Below the pieces are notes generated by a model. That model saw only the letters and a program-made list of their open reading frames with translations. It did no database searches and had not been told where the DNA came from. Shown here piece by piece: positions 55,824-58,245 of a stretch of DNA of 58,245 nucleotides. A program made the translations under genes and the position numbers. The stretch is from a virus. Taxonomy: Duplodnaviria; Caudoviricetes. The DNA lies in IMG/VR virus record IMGVR_UViG_3300025070_000036, positions 1-58,245 of that record. One strand, 5' to 3'. Position 1 is the first letter of the stretch; each line of letters starts with the position of its first letter.

Positions 55824-56221
55824 TAGTTTTCAAACTCCATCTCGCCGCCAGCATTTTGTAAGTTCTTCAGTGCTTCTAACTCATCACGTAGCTTTTGTAT
55901 CTCTAGTCTGCGTTGCGTTAATTCAATCTGATAAAGATCATCGCAGTTAATACGAGCCTTTGGTTTGTCTAAAGGGATAACAATACGAGCGTACACCCCT
56001 ATGTCTTTGCCACGGCTGCTAGTATCTAAACCTGATAGCACACCTGTTACACCATACTCTAAGTTTACACCGCCACCGACAGCATTACTGCACCGCATAC
56101 TACCTGTCGAAAAAGAATCTGACTGATAGTTCATAGGCGGACTTGGCAATGCAAGTGAAAGAGAGCTGTTGTCGGCTACAACAGAACTAGATAATAAACA
56201 AAAGGCAGCTACTAATCTCAT
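55823..56221 (-). CDS. Exported protein (signal peptide, beta-strands, C-terminal coil)
   Basis: MRLVAAFCLLSSSVVA; GVYARIVIPL; INCDDLY. Confidence 0.75.
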   Translation of the reverse strand: MRLVAAFCLLSSSVVADNSSLSLALPSPPMNYQSDSFSTGSMRCSNAVGGGVNLEYGVTGVLSGLDTSSRGKDIGVYARIVIPLDKPKARINCDDLYQIELTQRRLEIQKLRDELEALKNLQNAGGEMEFEN

Positions 56222-56604
56222 GCTGGCTCACCATCTAACCTTGAACATATCCTAGAAGAAATAAGAGTTCTTGACTGGTTGGTCTTTCTTACCTTCGACG
56301 TTGTGCATAGATACACAGCTTCAGGCATATCCCTTTTTCTTATGTAGACATCGAACGCTTTATGTTCTTTATACTCAACCTGCATAATCCTATACGTTGT
56401 AGAGAATGGTATATTCATCCAGTTTAAATCAAACAAATCAATCTGATAATATCTTATTTCTTCCCTAGAGTTAAAGAGAGACATTTCTACTTTAACCACG
56501 TCTTTAACGTGAGATGTTTTTACTTCAGGGTACGCAGGTGTCATCTCGTGCGCAGACGCACCAAAAGTAACAAGCATCCCTAATGTGATTATCCTACTTA
56601 GCAA
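56218..56604 (-). CDS. Exported Ig-like protein, pilus-chaperone-like (probable TTG start 56604)
   Basis: Signal LSRIITLGMLVTFGASA then HEMTP...VEMSLFN...YQI; Cys pair YLCT/RICS. Confidence 0.55.
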   Translation of the reverse strand: MLSRIITLGMLVTFGASAHEMTPAYPEVKTSHVKDVVKVEMSLFNSREEIRYYQIDLFDLNWMNIPFSTTYRIMQVEYKEHKAFDVYIRKRDMPEAVYLCTTSKVRKTNQSRTLISSRICSRLDGEPA

Positions 56605-57082
56605 TGCAACTTGCCTGTACGATGGCCGTGTAAGTGCCTCCCGGAAACGGTTTTGCTGAACCATAAACTGCACTGGATGCAGTGGAGAACCATGTTGATC
56701 CTGCTAGTGTAAGATTAAATTTTGATGTACTGCCTACCATAACTTTAGCGCCATTATACGCAGACATTCCTGATACAGACATCTTTGTTGCTGTTGTACT
56801 GCCTGTCCAAACAAGTGTGTCTGTAAGTGTTGGCGACGAGCTAAAGGATGTTGGGTGCGTTATGTTTGCAGTGTAGGCATCCGCAATAGATACATCAAAT
56901 CTAATTACTGGTAGTACGCCACCATCGGCTGGTGTTGTACTTAGTTTACTAGCAATAGGGTTTCCATACACACCAGCTTTATCTGTTTGTATAACACACT
57001 TAGCTTCCACGCTACCTGTTATTTGAACGTTAGCTAGTGCAGGAAACGCGAATAGTGAAAGTATTGCAATAGAATATTTCAT
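56594..57082 (-). CDS. Exported fimbrial-subunit-like protein (start MKYSI at 57082)
   Basis: Signal peptide ending ALA; NVQITGSVEAKCVI N-terminus; PGGTYTAIVQASC C-terminus; GAGG RBS. Confidence 0.6.
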   Translation of the reverse strand: MKYSIAILSLFAFPALANVQITGSVEAKCVIQTDKAGVYGNPIASKLSTTPADGGVLPVIRFDVSIADAYTANITHPTSFSSSPTLTDTLVWTGSTTATKMSVSGMSAYNGAKVMVGSTSKFNLTLAGSTWFSTASSAVYGSAKPFPGGTYTAIVQASCIAK

Positions 57083-57090
57083 ATTAAACC

Positions 57091-57963
57091 TCATTTGTTA
57101 TACTGCATATCGACCATTTTTTCGTGCAGAATCTGTTGTGCTAAGTTATTACGCAAGGCTTTCTTGTTGTCAGCTATATCTGAATCAGCAAGACCGGGAG
57201 CGTCAGCATACACGCCACCATTGATAGATGCGTTATAATACATAGCTAAGTTTGTTTGTTGGTTAATAGCCAGTATAATATCATCTTGTCCTTGTGTCTT
57301 AAACAGGGTCAAAGCGTTGGCAGACGCCATTAGACCCATCTCAATTCTAGTTTCTTCTTCTTCCTCTTCTTCAGAAAGTATTAGATTGCCATCTTCATCA
57401 TACTGAAAATCTGTATCCGCGTCTATAGCAGCCATAACATCATCATCTTCTAGTACGTCATACAGTTCAACTACAGGGATTACAGGTATAGGTTTGACAT
57501 ATCCCGGACATGCAGGGTTTGACTGTTCATCATAACACTCGTCTATTCTATAGTTATATATAACCATAGCATCTTTGACCGAACCTTCCCCTTCAACATC
57601 AATCGAACCCGCACCCCATTGAGGAGCCGGAATGTTCGAAAGGGGAAACGATCTAACAATAGTGTTTCCGGGAACTCCTGACCAATCGTCTGTCTTTCGA
57701 AAGATATAGCCATCTGCGTCAACATTCTTATTGCCAATATGGACTTTCATGTTAGCGTCAGGGTCTTTTACTGTGGTGTATTTGTATAGTAATCCGTTAA
57801 TATCAATGCCCGGAATATCAGGCAAAACAGAACTCATGCTCCAGCTTAGTGCTGTAGACGCGGCATTCCCTGTTGTCCCATAACTATAAGGGTCACAAGA
57901 AGAGTAAGAAGGCCAGAGTGCTAATAATAACACTAAGACCTGTTTTTGTTTCAATGTTCTCAT
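57091..57963 (-). CDS. Exported acidic protein
   Basis: Signal-like VLVLLLALWPSYS; CYDEQSNPACPGY; poly-Glu; C-terminal LHEKMVDMQY. Confidence 0.7.
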   Translation of the reverse strand: MRTLKQKQVLVLLLALWPSYSSCDPYSYGTTGNAASTALSWSMSSVLPDIPGIDINGLLYKYTTVKDPDANMKVHIGNKNVDADGYIFRKTDDWSGVPGNTIVRSFPLSNIPAPQWGAGSIDVEGEGSVKDAMVIYNYRIDECYDEQSNPACPGYVKPIPVIPVVELYDVLEDDDVMAAIDADTDFQYDEDGNLILSEEEEEEETRIEMGLMASANALTLFKTQGQDDIILAINQQTNLAMYYNASINGGVYADAPGLADSDIADNKKALRNNLAQQILHEKMVDMQYNK

Positions 57964-58245
57964 TGAAAATCTTTCTCATTGGATTATTCTGATCTCTTTG
58001 TATTTCTTCTTTTACGGCTTCCATTTCCCATGCCAGCCTAGCTTTATCCCCCACCAACCCATCCTTGGGACAGGGCGTCCCCGCGTTGAGCATGGCTTCA
58101 AACACTCTTTCGTCTTGGCACATGACTGATACGGCTGCAACTTTCATACCCATATCATACATGGTTTTGGCGTTTTTTAATTTTTCACAGTTCATATCTC
58201 TAACAGTACGACCAGCAGAGATACCAAGTATCTGTGTTTGCACAA
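57893..58245 (-). CDS. Conserved Cys-containing phage protein, 5'-truncated by the window edge
   Basis: QTQILGISAG..RDMNCEKLK...GMKVAAVSVMCQD...AGTPCP; C-terminal hydrophobic anchor. Confidence 0.75.
   Translation of the reverse strand, partial: VQTQILGISAGRTVRDMNCEKLKNAKTMYDMGMKVAAVSVMCQDERVFEAMLNAGTPCPKDGLVGDKARLAWEMEAVKEEIQRDQNNPMRKIFNENIETKTGLSVIISTLAFLLFL

Noticed and set aside
1-58245. Terminal repeats, or alternative genetic code
   Set aside because: Both ends interrupt different ORFs with no shared sequence seen; genes are full length and tightly packed under the standard code

Overview
Near-complete genome of a tailed dsDNA phage with podovirus-like architecture. The host is probably a marine alphaproteobacterium; this is inferred from a GcrA-like HTH, a GTA-type 3TM holin and a GH108 endolysin. 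There are two opposed arms. (1) A minus-strand late arm starts at ~15.8 kb (TerS, TerL, portal, GroES, scaffold, decoration protein, major capsid, many small Lys-rich proteins, adaptors, tail fibre). It runs off the left edge and appears to resume at the right edge (exported-protein cluster, lysis cassette, tail nozzle, ejection proteins, a 2241-aa polyvalent protein), ending at a convergent terminator at ~35.35 kb. (2) A plus-strand early/replication arm spans 16.1-35.3 kb (DUF3150-like, MoxR-like AAA+, metallopeptidase-VWA, TraR-, GcrA- and NrdR-like regulators, VRR-NUC, PolA, PD-(D/E)XK nuclease, SNF2 helicase, SSB, primase-DUF927 helicase). I recognised no integrase, RNA polymerase, tRNA or CRISPR locus. 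Most notable observations: an 18-bp palindrome TTCGGGCA-NN-TGCCCGAA found 11 times, only in or just ahead of the early arm and often fused to an RBS; a circularly permuted 66-bp piece of the scaffold gene embedded in frame in an early gene; a cluster of signal-peptide genes resembling a chaperone/pilin module; an origin-like iteron/IHF/AT-rich locus; and a shared Phi-x-x-G-G motif in predicted capsid-internal proteins. All family assignments come from motif recognition by eye, not database searches.
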